Shown one piece after another: positions 1 through 12,769 of a DNA stretch of 64,000 nucleotides. The DNA is from Octopus sinensis (lineage: Eukaryota): positions 24,614,001 through 24,678,000 of the forward strand of contig NC_043004.1 in assembly GCF_006345805.1 (NCBI RefSeq), given 5' to 3'. The stretch's first letter is position 1. Each line of letters begins with the position of its first letter. Under the pieces are notes generated by a model that saw nothing but the letters and a program-made list of their open reading frames with translations, was not told where the DNA came from and did no database searches. Both the position numbers and the translations under genes were made by a program.

Positions 1-179
1 AGCAGGGTTAAATCGATTACATCGACCCCAGTATGCAACAGGTACTTGTTTTATCGACCCCGAAAGGATGAGAGACAAAGTCAACCTCGGCGGAATTTGA
101 ACTCAGAACGTAAAAGACGGACGAAATACCGCTAAGTTTTTTGCCTGGCGTGATAACGATTCTGCCAGCTCGCAGCCTT
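1..179 (-). mobile_element. tRNA-derived SINE, family A (Deu/Nin-like central domain)
   Basis: Head AAGGC.GCGAGCTGGCAGAATCGTTA (A box), GAGTTCAAATTC (B box), then GCCGAGGTyGACTTTG...CATCCTTTCGGGGGTCGATAAA. More than 15 related copies in the window. Confidence 0.85.
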
Positions 180-193
180 AAAGCGACAGAGTA

Positions 194-798
194 TTCTTTT
201 CTACTCTAGGCACAAGACCCGAATTTCGTTGGGAGGAGGCCAGTTGATTAGATCGACCCCAGTACGCAACTGTTACTTAATTTATTGACTCCGAAAGGAT
301 GAAAGACAAGGTCAACCTCGGTGGACTTTGTCTTTCATCTCAAACTCAGAACATAAAGACAGATAAAATACCTATTTCTTTACTTCCCACAAGGGGCTAA
401 ACACAGAGAGGACAAACAAGGACAGAAAAACGGATTAAGTTGATTATATCGATCCCGGTGCATAACTGGTACTTATTTAATCGACCCCGAATGGATAAAA
501 GGCAAAGTCGACCTCGGCGGAATTTGAACTCAGAACGTAGCGGCAGACGAAATACCTATTTGTTTACTACCCACAAGGGGCTAAACACAGAGAGGACAAA
601 CAAGGAGAAACAAATGGGTTAAGTCGATGATTATATCGACCCCAGTGCGTAACTGGTACTTATTTAATCGACCCCGAAAGGATGAAAGGCAAAGTCGACC
701 TCGGCGGCATTTGAACTCAGAACGCGGCGGCAGACGAAATACTTACTGCTAAGCATTTAGCCCGGCGTGCTAACGATTCTGAACAGCTCGTCGCCTTG
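194..798 (-). mobile_element. Composite family-A SINE trimer (one short-tail unit plus two long-tail units)
   Basis: Three B-box/core units with junctions at 372|373 and 556|557. Flanked by AAAGCGACAGAgTA (180-193) and AAAGCGACAGAtTA (799-812). Confidence 0.85.
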
Positions 799-1241
799 AA
801 AGCGACAGATTACTGAACGATGATTTATGCAACAAGATTATCGTGTGTTCGTTAGTTTCTACCTTTTGTTGCATACAATAAAGAAACCAACACTAATTTC
901 TTTTTTTTTTTTGTTCTTTTTGCCATGGTATGTAAGACTTCCATCTTAAATTTCACATGAATTATTGCTATCTAGATTACAAATTGTGTTGCAATTCTAT
1001 AATTTTGGACATACAGGATTATTCAATTTTTCTTTCTTTCTTTTCATGTTTTTATCAATATATAAACATACACCCTTATTTTTATTTATATACATATATC
1101 ACAAACTTTTTCTCTTTTTTACTCTCCCCCCCTCTCTCTCTCTCTCTCTCTTTCTCTCTCGCTCTTCTTTGTTTCTTTCTACACACATATACACACATGC
1201 ACATACATGTTCTCTACATATGCATATATACTCGTGGAAAT

Positions 1242-1349
<108 letters not shown>

Positions 1350-1469
1350 TCATATATACATATATAATATGAGGAATATTATTCCAAACTTACAGGGAAA
1401 AATTCAATTTAAAAATACTAAATCAAATTTCACAAAATATAATATATATATATATATAAATTTAAAAAA

Positions 1470-3873
1470 AAACATCTTTTATCAAATAGGAGCTTTCTTG
1501 ACTTCCTGTTCGTCTCCTTTAGCTCCTCTTTTGTCTCCTTCAGGACTCCAGCGCCATACCGAACTACTGCGATTGCGCGCGAGTTTTTTGCCGAAATTAT
1601 GTTTCTCGCATTCAGCTTTGAAGCCAATATTTTTCTCACTCGCCACAAGTACTCTCTTTTTGCCTTTTCCTTCATGTCGTGGTGTTTGATTCCACCTGCC
1701 TCAAGTATTTCCAAGTATTTATAGCTGGATTGAGGTTGAATTGCCTTCATCATTTCACCACTTGGCAAACATATGCCTTCTGTCCATTCTTTCCTCGTCT
1801 TATCACCATCATAGCACATTTTGAGAGTCCAAACTCAATCTTAATATCATTGTAGAAACTCCGCACAGACTGGTCTAGGCTGTCCAGTTCTGATACAGTT
1901 TTTGCGAATAGCTTTAGGTTGTCCTTGAATAGCAAGTATTTCAGTTTTCCCTCACCTTTTCCCAGATCATAACCCAACTTTGTTTTCTGTAGTATTTCAC
2001 TCAAGGGGATCATTCCCAGCACGAATATCAGTGGGGACGCACTTGATTTTCATCTATCCTAATACTTGCTTCCCTGCTGTCAATTCCGTTAGTATTTCAG
2101 GCTATTCCATATCAGGTTTCTCATATTTTCTGCTACTCCATAAATTTCTATTGTTCTTATTATCCAGGAGTGTAGTATCATATCGTATGCTTAGTGATAA
2201 TCAATCCATGCCATGCTCAGGTTTGCATGTCTTCTCTTGCAGATCCTGATAATTAGACTATCAATTAAGAGCTGATCCTTCGTTCCTCGGTTCATTTCTT
2301 TGGCTCCCTTTCTGTTCAATGGGTAGCAACCCAATTTTTACCAAGTATCTATACAGTTCACCAGCTAAAGCATCTAACATTAGTTTCCACATTAGCGGAA
2401 GGTATGTTATTGGTCTAAAGTTGGATGCAACATTTCCTTTGTCAGGATCCGTCCCTTTGTCATCCAACTGAGTACTGCGCCTTGATGCAAGCACTCATCT
2501 CGCTGTTGTGCTATCCTTTAATGGATCCCTTTCAGCTTCTTCATCCAATAACCTTGTACTGCATCCGGTCCTGGGCTCTTCCAATTTGGGGATTTTCTTA
2601 ACTGCTTTTTCATCATTTCTGTAGTTATCTTTATGTCTTCTTGGACTTCTTTATTTCTTAAGCTATCTTGGGTTTCATGGAGCCACCCCGCTTCATCATT
2701 ATGCTGTACAGGCTGGTTCCAGATCCCTCTCCAGAATATCTTGCGTTCCTCTGCATCTGGTATCATTGTTACGTGTATATGCCCATCTAGTTTCTGAAAC
2801 AGTTTCTTCTGATGTGCTTCAAACAATCTGTGTTGCCGGAAGTGTCTTTTTCTATTGTCATATCTTTGATTGTTACTACTCTTTGTTTCAATTCTTCTAT
2901 CACATCATAACCTTTATCGCTTATTCTATATGTTCTTTCCAGCATTATTCTTGTGCTTTCGTTCTGCAATTCCCTTCTTCTCAATCTATCCACTTGTCCT
3001 AAATATCTTTTTAACTTTGTGTTATGTCGCAATACTACACAGTGGCTGCGTGAGCTACGAAATCATCGTCGCCATTGTTATATCGCACTTCCGATGCCTC
3101 TACTACTCTTCTCTCTACTGACTCTAGTCTGTCGACCTCTAGACTTCTCCCTCTATATCTACGTATTGGGCTAGCCTACTTCATCGTCTGGGGGCTCCCA
3201 CACAACACTTTGTTTCTCACAAATTCGTCTACGCCAGAATAGTTCTTTACGTTCTGTTTGTTCTTTTCTTTTGCATCCAACGCTATCTGCAGTAACCATA
3301 ACTGCAGCCCAAATAATCTTGTTAGTTTCAGAAATATTTCTCGTCTGGAAAAGCCCAAGAACCGAATCTACCTCTTCTGTTTCAACTTTGAGTTTGCGTC
3401 GATCCATGTACCTCAGGTTGGGAGGGGATGCTTGATCGTGGCCATTTCTCATATATCGACACAGCGTCCTCACCTCTGTCTTGTTGATCATCATCGTATC
3501 CTTGTGATATAGCTCATCGTATTACTTCTGCTTCATTTGCTGAGAATGCATTTACATTTACACTTTGCTCTACGTCTTCACTGCCGCCTTTCGTTTTTCT
3601 GTTATCACTGGGCACGATAACTGTTGGTGAAGTATTACTTCTATCTTCTACTTTCCTTTTTATCTCTTCTCTATTTTCCATGTCTGTTAACCACCTTTTT
3701 GCTCTTATTCCTCTTGCCCGGTCGACTGACCGTTGTTCACTTGTTTCGAAGAGTTCTATCTCATTCCATTTTGCTTTCATTCGCTGTCGGAATCCCCTTC
3801 TGCTGGGTTCACTCCTGATCCCGCATTCAGTTACCGTTCGGTTTGCCTCCTTATCCCACTTCTTCTCTGCTTC
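1470..3873 (-). mobile_element. R4/Dong-clade non-LTR retrotransposon, degraded, N-terminus through RT domain
   Basis: Fragmented ORFs give RGFRQRMKAKW...SEQRSVDRARGIR (Dong-like N-terminus), KSPNWKSPGPDAVQGYW, NFRPITYLPLMWKL, LLFKDNLKLFAK (degenerate YxDD region), FGLSKCA and YKYLEILE. Many stops and frameshifts. The 5' end abuts (TAA)n. Confidence 0.88.
3020..3207. mobile_element. Short solo LTR inserted in the Dong element
   Basis: 188 bp with termini TGTTATGT...ACACAACA (TG..CA, 7/8 inverted) and an exact 5-bp duplication CTTTG at 3015-3019 and 3208-3212. It interrupts the LINE reading frame. Confidence 0.72.
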
Positions 3874-3898
3874 ATTATTATTATTATTATTATTATTA

Positions 3899-3977
<79 letters not shown>

Positions 3978-4055
3978 GCAGATGTAACAGAGTGACTCAA
4001 GGACCGAGTAGTACGTTACTACATAAATTATTTTTCCTGTTTGCATCACCAAACC

Positions 4056-4112
<57 letters not shown>

Positions 4113-4458
4113 TTGTACATATATATACATGTATATATATATATACATACATATATATATAAGTATATGTATATAAAACACACATATTTATATATACGTA
4201 TATATATATGTATAAATATATATGTGTGTGTGTGTGTGTAGTGGGGTTGTGTTTGTTAGCGACCACCGCTTGACAACCAATCTTGGCTTGTTTAGGTCCA
4301 TGTATCATAGCGGTTCGGTGAAATAGACGATGGAATAAATGCTAGGCTTAAAAAGGATAACTACTTTGATCGGTTTGTTCGACTAAATCCCTTCAAGGTT
4401 GTCCCTCAACACGGCCTCCGTCCAATGACTAAAGTAAGTAAAAGATAACACACACACA

Positions 4459-4664
<206 letters not shown>

Positions 4665-4879
4665 TGAATACATTTATGTATATGTGCAAATGTACGAAAC
4701 AGACACACAGATTCACAGACACATACTGCTTTATTCACACACACATGAGTACACCTTACTACACCGATAAGCCACTTGTTAATTTGATAGCAACGCAGGG
4801 AAACACTTAAACAGAAGAAAGAGAAAATATGCAATTAGTGTCAAACTAATAAATATAATTCATTAACATTTCACATTGC

Positions 4880-5960
4880 TTTAATCCAATGTCTCAGGGC
4901 GCTATATATAAATTCCCAGAGAATATCAAGTGACAAACAGTAAACGCCTCATTAAGTCTTGGGTGGTATACTTAATCTATCATTCGCTTTGACATACCCA
5001 CACAACACCCTGGGTGCTATTAGCAGAGTTCATTTCATTTCGTTTCAAACAGTCGGATCAGGTCTCTGGATTTAGGATATCTTTCTTACTTCCTCCTACC
5101 CATCACGGAAGCACTGTAAAGTGTCTGGGACACCACTTTTCCTGCTAACTAAAAGGTTCTTAAAATAATGGTAGGGTCCCTCCATATTGAGTCGCTACTT
5201 CTCTCGTATTGAAATGCCACAGCCTCCATACTACTGATATTTGATATCAAATCGCTGATGCGCTTTGTCGGTTATATAAGTCTCTACATTCTGACATTAA
5301 CCACAAAGCAGTGAAGTTATATGAAATGTTTATTGTTTGATGGGTTAGGGAGAAGAGGGTGGTGTAATATTATTGCAGGCATATAAGACAGGTGACCATG
5401 ATGAAGTTGATTGGGTGAAGTAGCCTAACATGGTATTTAGTAGGTACACAGATACAAATGTAGTACAGCCAGCTGTCTCTGAGAGCGAGTATGGCTTGGT
5501 AGTTTGTAACAGTTTATATACCAATGTAGTTGCGAATACAAGCAGTTGAAATGGGGTTTCTCCTAATGATCTCTGGAGTAACGTTACTCAACAGGATACA
5601 GGGTGTCAGAGACTATCTCCAGGTACAGCAGCTGGGAGTCAGGAAGTCTCTCCAGGTCCAGTAGGAAGGGTTCAGTGAATCTCTCCAGATTCAGTCACTA
5701 TTTCTTCGCATTGACAAGCCGTAGCTCCAGTAACTGTAGATATTTGATTGGGATATCACAGGGAAGAATCGCATGGCCGATTTTACAACCGGCAGGAGAT
5801 CCAGGAGTAAACCAAGATCGAGATGGTTGGCTTATATCCATAGTCTCAGCTGGCCACGTTTGGAAATCCAGCCAGAAAGTGTAATAGAACCCTAAAGAGT
5901 ATATGCCGGAGGAGTGGACGCCAAAAACCTGCCGGGTATAGCAGGCGGGAAAAAAGCATT
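4880..5960 (-). mobile_element. Possible very old CR1/L2-type LINE remnant
   Basis: Higher GC and faint endonuclease-region-like peptide traces on the minus strand. No intact motif. Confidence 0.3.
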
Positions 5961-6190
5961 GGGTGGATCGATATAGGTAATAAGAACTATTTCTTGTGAC
6001 ATTTAATATGGTTGCGATAAAAAGGGTGATAAGTTGACAGGCTCGATAAGGAAACTGACGAAATACGTTTTGGAATATTTTATCTTCATCACTTTACGTT
6101 TTGAGTTCAGATATTGACTTCGATCAGTTTTGCCGTCAATCTTTCCAGTTTCCATGAAATAGGCATCAGTTTTTGTTATTGTTGTTTAGC

Positions 6191-6421
6191 AAAGTAAAGT
6201 TACCTTCTCGAGTGATACCGACTCATAAGAGCCTGTTTCCCGGTTTCATGTCGTATGTATTCTCCACCTGGACGGGACGCCGATCCGTTGCAGGATTACA
6301 CATTACACAATGTGAAATGAAGTGTTTTGCTCAAGAACACAACGCGTCGCCCGGTCTGGGAATCGAAACTAAAATCTTACAATCATGAGTCTAACACCCT
6401 AACCACAAAGCCACGCACCTC
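6191..6421 (-). mobile_element. Third tRNA-derived CORE-like SINE family
   Basis: Minus strand AGGTGCGTGGCTTTGTGGTTAGGG...GTTTCGATTCCC...TGTGTTCTTGAGCAAAACACTT. A related diverged head occurs at ~28450-28760 (+). Confidence 0.6.
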
Positions 6422-7109
6422 CTATTGTTGCTTGGTTGTTGCTTAGTCACGAAAGAGCTCTGATCGAGCCTATATAATCAAAGATATTCTAACCATGACG
6501 ACCACATGGGTTTTTTTTACAGAAATAGTGTAGACCCAACTACGTTGTCCAATATATCTTTATCGAAGACGACAGATCTGGTGTGGCGGAGGTTCGAGCA
6601 TGCTGTGACTATTTTATTGGCCTTTATTAATACCAGTTATAGTTTGCTGTCACTTTAATCACTATACAACCTCCCTTATAAATGATTGGGCCTCGTATGC
6701 TTAAGACAAAGATTATCTTTTTGGAAGGAACAGTATTAACTGAATAAGTTGTTTTCATCTAGTTATATTCATTAGCGAATCACGTGGAATTTCCAGGGGT
6801 TTCCAGTACGTATAATTATGTTAATATATGTAGAGGAGTGACGGAGGAAATGACAGAACACCAGGGTATGCTATTAATATTAAAGTATTAAATTTCACCT
6901 TGTTACCCTCCATGCTGAAATCTTGTCAGGTTGATGAGTAAAATGAATATAATCAAGTACAATCCGTCTCACTGACAAACCTTTGGTCTCATAATGTCCA
7001 AGAAACACCGTAAAGAAAATATTGACGTATAGATATTTATTTCCCTCTATCATTTATCGACACTGAAGATTTCAGCTTTGTGTAGGAATATATGTATGTG
7101 TGTGCATTG

Positions 7110-7400
7110 GTTTTTACTTGTTTAACTCATGGAACTTCGCTCATGCTGGGGCACTGCCTTGAATGGTTTTAGTCGAACAAATCTGTCTCAATACCTATTT
7201 TGCTATACCCATTCCCAGTACTTACTTTATCGATATATTTTGCCGAACCACTAGGTTATGAGTACGTACACAACATGTATAGGCTTCTTTCAGTTTCTGT
7301 CTGACAAATTTCTCACAAGGCTTTGTTCGGCCCGGGATTATAGTAGACAACACTTCAGCAAGATGCCACACAGTGGAACTGAACCCAGAATCATGTGATT
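7110..7400 (-). mobile_element. Family-B SINE, diverged
   Basis: Recognisable tail, TTTGCCGAACC and GGAACTGAACCCAG segments. Further partial copies at ~4225-4445, 9650-9795, 50385-50480, 60821-60985 and 61510-61697. Confidence 0.7.
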
Positions 7401-7749
7401 AGGATATAACAATCAGTATTATGCACGACGAGTGAACCAAGGAATAGTCACTACAACAATAAAGTTATTATTTAATATCGTATCAGTTCAAATTCCATCG
7501 AGGTCGACTTTGCCTTTCATCTTTTTGTGGTCGATAAATTAAGTACCAGTTAAACACTGGGGTTGATGTAATCGACTAGTCCCCCTCCACCAAATTTCAG
7601 GCTTTGTACCTATAATAGCCAAGATTATTTAATATCGTAGTTATCTATTTTTTTCACTTACTTCAAGTCCTATGTAAGGTAACAATCAGCAGATAAGAAA
7701 TCAGCTGAGAAATATCACTTATACTGATGGCGATTTTTCGTAATAGCCC

Positions 7750-8335
7750 CATATAAACTTGTAGTTTGACTTTCCTTCAAGTCCAGATGATGAAATATAT
7801 AGTTAAACTTTCTCTATCTTAAACAGGAAATTCAAACATAACCGGACACTTCTTAGCACTAGTTAAGAAATACGTTCACTTCATTGTGAGAACTATACGT
7901 TTGTTTTAAAGAAATGATGTCAAGATCATATACTAAAATGATCGGTAGTATCATAATAGGTAATCTTAAACAAAGATTAGCTTAGATACTGTAAAGCAAA
8001 AATAATGCTACCGTTGATGCAAAGCCGTATGTTTCAAGAAAGTCGATCTTTTAGCAAGCTGTAAGCAAATAAAAAAACTCCTGCAATATTATGGATGAAG
8101 ACAGCTTTAAAATCCGTTTTCGAAACCATAAACCCAGTTTCAGGGACGGAGAAAAGAGGCACAAAACGGCCTTTAGTAGTCATGTACCACATTTAGAGGA
8201 AATTATGTTAACAATTTCAATATCAGCGCATCTATAGTTAAGTGCATTGTACCACACATGGGTTGAACCAAGCAATACAAACTGCGTACGGCTAAAAAGT
8301 ATATCTTAATAAAAATTACCGTCAGTCTGGATTCA
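7750..8335 (+). mobile_element. Penelope-like element fragment (GIY-YIG region), degraded
   Basis: EDSFKIRFRNHKPSFRDGEKRHKTAFSSHV at ~8097-8190 resembles the PLE motif FKxRxxNHKxSF. Upstream remnants include FLALVKK. Confidence 0.62.
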
Positions 8336-8346
8336 GTATGCACATA

Positions 8347-9644
8347 CAGGGTGGAGCAGAAAGAACAGACGTTTTCGAAATGGCTATTACTCAGCCCCAG
8401 GGGAGGGACATATGTCCGGCAGATACCATTCTGTCCTTGGTGTTTGAGCATTTTCTTTTTCAGGTAAAGCCATGATACTGTGGACGTTAGAGCATCGCCT
8501 GTTTACCTACGACACTTAAGTGAAGAATAACGAGTCTGTCACAGTAGTTCGGCATGAGTTTTGACGCCACTTCAACATTCACCGAAACCGGGCTGTTTCC
8601 ACTCGTAACACAATCTTACATTGGGTGAGTGAATGCACTTCGTACTCGAGGTACACTAATGAATAGGAGACCGGTGGTGGCGCCACGAACGGTACGGATC
8701 CGGAAAATGTGGAACGTATCAAAGCTAGTTTGATACGGAGTCCAAATCGCTCTGCTCTGAGGCATTCCACTGAACTTGGCCTCGATAATCAATCGGTAAG
8801 GCATATTTTGCATGAAGACCTGCATATCCATCCCAACAAATTGGTCATTGAGCAACAGTTGAAACCATGGGACTATACACAGCGGATTAACTTCGCACGT
8901 CAGGTGGAAGCAATTTTTTAGGCAAATGATAACCTCATTTTGTTAATGAGGGACGAAGCTCATTTTCTTCTCAATGGTATGGTGAATCAACAGAACTATC
9001 ATCATTGGACTTTCAAAAATCCGAGCGGACTGCACGAAAGACCACTACACAGCCCAAAAGTGGCTGTCAGGTGTACTGTTGGAAAAGCTACCGTCATTGG
9101 TCCTTACTTTTTTGAAGACAATAATGGAAACGTTGTTACTGTGAATTCTAAGCGTTACATCGAGATGATAAACCACGTCTTTGTGGTCTGAATTACGACG
9201 AAAAAAAAAAGGCCTATTCGACGTGTGTGGTTTCAACACGATAGGGCGACGGCCCACACAGCCACATCATCAATGGACGTTCTGCGCCCTCTCTTCGGTC
9301 CCCTGATTTGTCCATGTGTGATGATTATTTCTTGTGGGGAAACCTCAAGACACGTGTGTATGTGCATAAGCCCCGTACATTGGACGATTTGAAAGAAGAT
9401 ATTCGTGTGGAAGTCGCCCAAATCGGCAGAGCAATGCTGGAGAGAGTGGAGGCCAACTTCCAAGAACGCCTTCAGAAATGCATCAATGAAAACGGACACC
9501 ATATGATGCATGTTGTTTTCCACACTTGATTCTGACAAATGCTATTTCAATACAAACACATTGGTGTCAATAAAATTTGCTTGCAGCTAAAATTAATGAT
9601 TTTGTGAATTTTTCAAAAACGTCCGTCCTCTCTACTCCACCATG
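8347..9644 (+). mobile_element. Tc1/mariner-superfamily transposon (rosa/DD41D-like), near full length, inactive
   Basis: 34-bp TIRs CAGGGTGGAGCAGAAAGAACAGACGTTTTCGAAA (6 mismatches) with TA on both sides. Transposase remnants from ATG 8472: SPNRSALRHS, DEAHFLLNG.VNQQN, GPYFFED, WFQHD.ATAHT, DYFLWGNLKTRVY. Stops and frameshifts present. Confidence 0.92.
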
Positions 9645-11376
9645 TATTATACGGCTTGCTCCTATCAAATTTCACCCATAAGATATTGGTCAACCCAAGG
9701 TTTCAGGAGAAAACATCCACCCTTAGTGCCGTACAGTGGGATCGAACGTGTAATAACACCGTTTTGGAGTGAACTTCTTAACCACAGCACTGTCTGTATC
9801 CTTCCTTCGTTTTCTTTCCAGCTTTATTTTGCCTTGTTAAATTATAATTAATTACACCATTTGATGCCTATGTAATGGGAAACTTTCATGAATCTTAACT
9901 ACTCTCATTTGAAAACCACTATAGCAATTACGAAATTAATCAACGAAGCCATCAATAATCCTTACATATTTTATTCATAAAATCTACTTAGCTATCGAAA
10001 CTGTAACAGCGATTCAATATATTATAGCTTGCATACACATATACGCACGCACACAAAACGCAAACAGACACAAACACGCGCGAACACACACACGCGCATT
10101 CACATATGTACACTCACAGACAAACACGTTCACCAAAAACAGTTATATTTTGACGACTAGAACAGTAGTATGGAAGCACTACACAGCTATAGGAAGCATT
10201 CGTAGAGAGAAATATGTTATTATATTACAGAAAGACAAAACATAATAATTTGGCAGGCAGATGTGACTTTATTCATAAAATAGTCGACGGGGAAATGTGG
10301 CAAGTCAATTGGTTACTGAGAAAGAACTCAGAAATGAAGAAAGTCATGGCCTAAAGATTTAGGCCATGATGCTAATACTTTGCCGTTACACTTATGTTAA
10401 CGCAAGCGATTTCAGGAAGATCTGTATATGGATAAATATACGTCTGCAACACAGAATATTAGTCGATGTGACGAGGATGCTCCTAAACTGGCAGCCGATA
10501 TTTTAGGAGTAGCAGCCAAATCTTTGACAAAATAATACTATAACTGTGGTTGCAGGTACACCTAAACAGAAACAGAATGACTACAGTTTAAATTCCCTCT
10601 GTTATAGGCCTACTCCATCAAAGCTGATCTGAAGTCGTCAAAACATCAACAGTAACAACTCAGCATGCAATATGACAAGTGTATTTCAATGTCGAGAATT
10701 CGGTTTACGTCTTAATGGGACTAGAAAATTCTAGCTCTGTCAAACAAGACTTCCGACGACCTACAAATATAATAAGCTTTTCAACACATATCATTAAAGT
10801 AAGTTATTCTCACATAAACAACACAGCTTATGAGATGATACACGATAACCAACAACACATATCCACAGAAAGATAATTTGTAGCGGTAAAAATCCCTTCT
10901 AATTTAAGGTAGCCTGTTGGTCAAAAGCAAAGATTTTTAGTTCTTATAACTCTCCTGGTTGTTATCGAAAGCAGATTATACGGAAATGATTACAGACACT
11001 TTCAAAAGACGTTACTGCCAGTAGCTACAAATACTATCTACACATATTAATTGAAGGAACAGAGAACACGTCATTTTACTGTTCCAATTCGCTTTGAAAC
11101 TCACGAAGAATTGCGTTAAATGCCCTCTAATGACCTGAGTCATATTTGAAACAAACACTCCTAACTTCAGTGTATCAAAGAATTCCATCTTTTGTTTAAG
11201 TGAAAAGTTCTAGATATTAATGTAGTCACTTAGCAAGAGATCAAAAATATTATCTAATCGCTTTCATCCGAAGTGGTTCTTTTTGGACAGAATCCAGACA
11301 GCTGAAATTAAATGTCTATGGACACAAATTCACAACCATCATAACTAACAGTTGTCGTGGAGAAGTTGTTTCTTTA

Positions 11377-11917
11377 CTAGCACTATGACCCCACGTTGCC
11401 GAGTCTAGTGCTTGTTGTTCGTTGCCGGGTCACAGTAAAAATTTCTCTACAAATCAAGAGCTAAGTTTCTTATCACATTTCAGCCTGGGCCAGTTTTGTT
11501 GTTTATAAGCTAGTTGGAGGCTTTTTATGAGAGTAATTAATATTCATTGGACTTCGGTTTTCACACATGGAACGGCATAATCATGGAAAATTAGCGAGAC
11601 TGTGCACATGCCATTAGTCGGACAAAAAAACAAAGTGGCAGAAGAAAGCGAAAAACTCGAATTTGGCCGCAAAATAACTTATGGGCATTTGGTGATTCAT
11701 TCCATATCAATTGAAGTTTCACGTACTTAAAGTTTATCGATTTTTTCAATGGCTTTCTGTGGTGACTGGGTAAATGAAAAAATCTTCACAACCACCCTCA
11801 GACAGTTTTGAAAGCCCATAGAAAATGCGAGCCTTTTACATAAAAAACTGTGGATTTGTATAAAGGACACACAGACACACAGATACACAGACATTTTGCT
11901 GTTTATAGATATAGAGA
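11377..11917 (-). mobile_element. Non-autonomous Helitron
   Basis: The minus strand starts A|TCTCTATATCTATAAAC, has a TGTC/TG repeat block near the 5' end, and ends with a GC-rich subterminal hairpin region followed by CTAG|T. No TSD. Confidence 0.72.
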
Positions 11918-11959
11918 TGACCAGATATTCGGATTCGATAGTCTCCTTTACACAGTAAT

Positions 11960-12188
11960 ATCGGTTTCAAATCTTTGCACAAGGCCTGCAATATCGGGAG
12001 AGGGATAAGTCGATTACATCGACTCCTGTATTCAACTGGTACTTATTTAATCGACCCTGAAAGGATGAAAGGCAAAGTCGACTTCGGCGAAATTTGAACG
12101 TAGAACGTAGAGACAGACGAAATGAATTTTCGTGTGTACCTAAGCATTTAGCCCGGTGTGCTAACGAATCCGTCGGCTTGCCGCCTTT
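11960..12188 (-). mobile_element. Family-A SINE
   Basis: Full head, core and short tail match the other copies. Confidence 0.8.
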
Positions 12189-12737
12189 CTTTACACACTA
12201 ATATTCCAACCAGTTACACATTTGACCTACAATGCGTATATACACAATAACTCTTTCACGTGATGCATTGCAGGGACAGCCTCAGTCACTATATAATGTC
12301 TATTTGCTCACTCACTTTAAGTACGCGAAACTTCAATTGATATGGAATGAATCACCAAATGGTTCCTAATAAATATTAATTTTACAACATAAACTGAGTA
12401 CTCCCTGCATATATAATTTATTAGATAGAAATGCAGGCTGAATGTAACTTCGGAGTTTCGCTGGCAAATGCTTATCAGTCTGTTAGATGATCGTCTCTCA
12501 GCGAAATTCTGAATTTGCAATCACACTATATTTCTGTTTAACAACATATTTACACACTATTCATGTATCAAGGTCATTTGTTGTCTTTAATAATTGTATT
12601 AAGACACTAACTTTAAATATATGTGTTCTGTGAGTGCATATATATGTGTGTGTATGTGTGTGTACATATGTCAGCGTGCATATGAGTGTTTGTGTATGCA
12701 TTTTCTGTATGACGAATGCACGCATACACACACGCAT

Positions 12738-12769
<32 letters not shown>

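Noticed and set aside
194-798. CRISPR-like regularly spaced repeats
   Set aside because: Units are ~185-bp SINE bodies with no unique spacers, and the context is eukaryotic.
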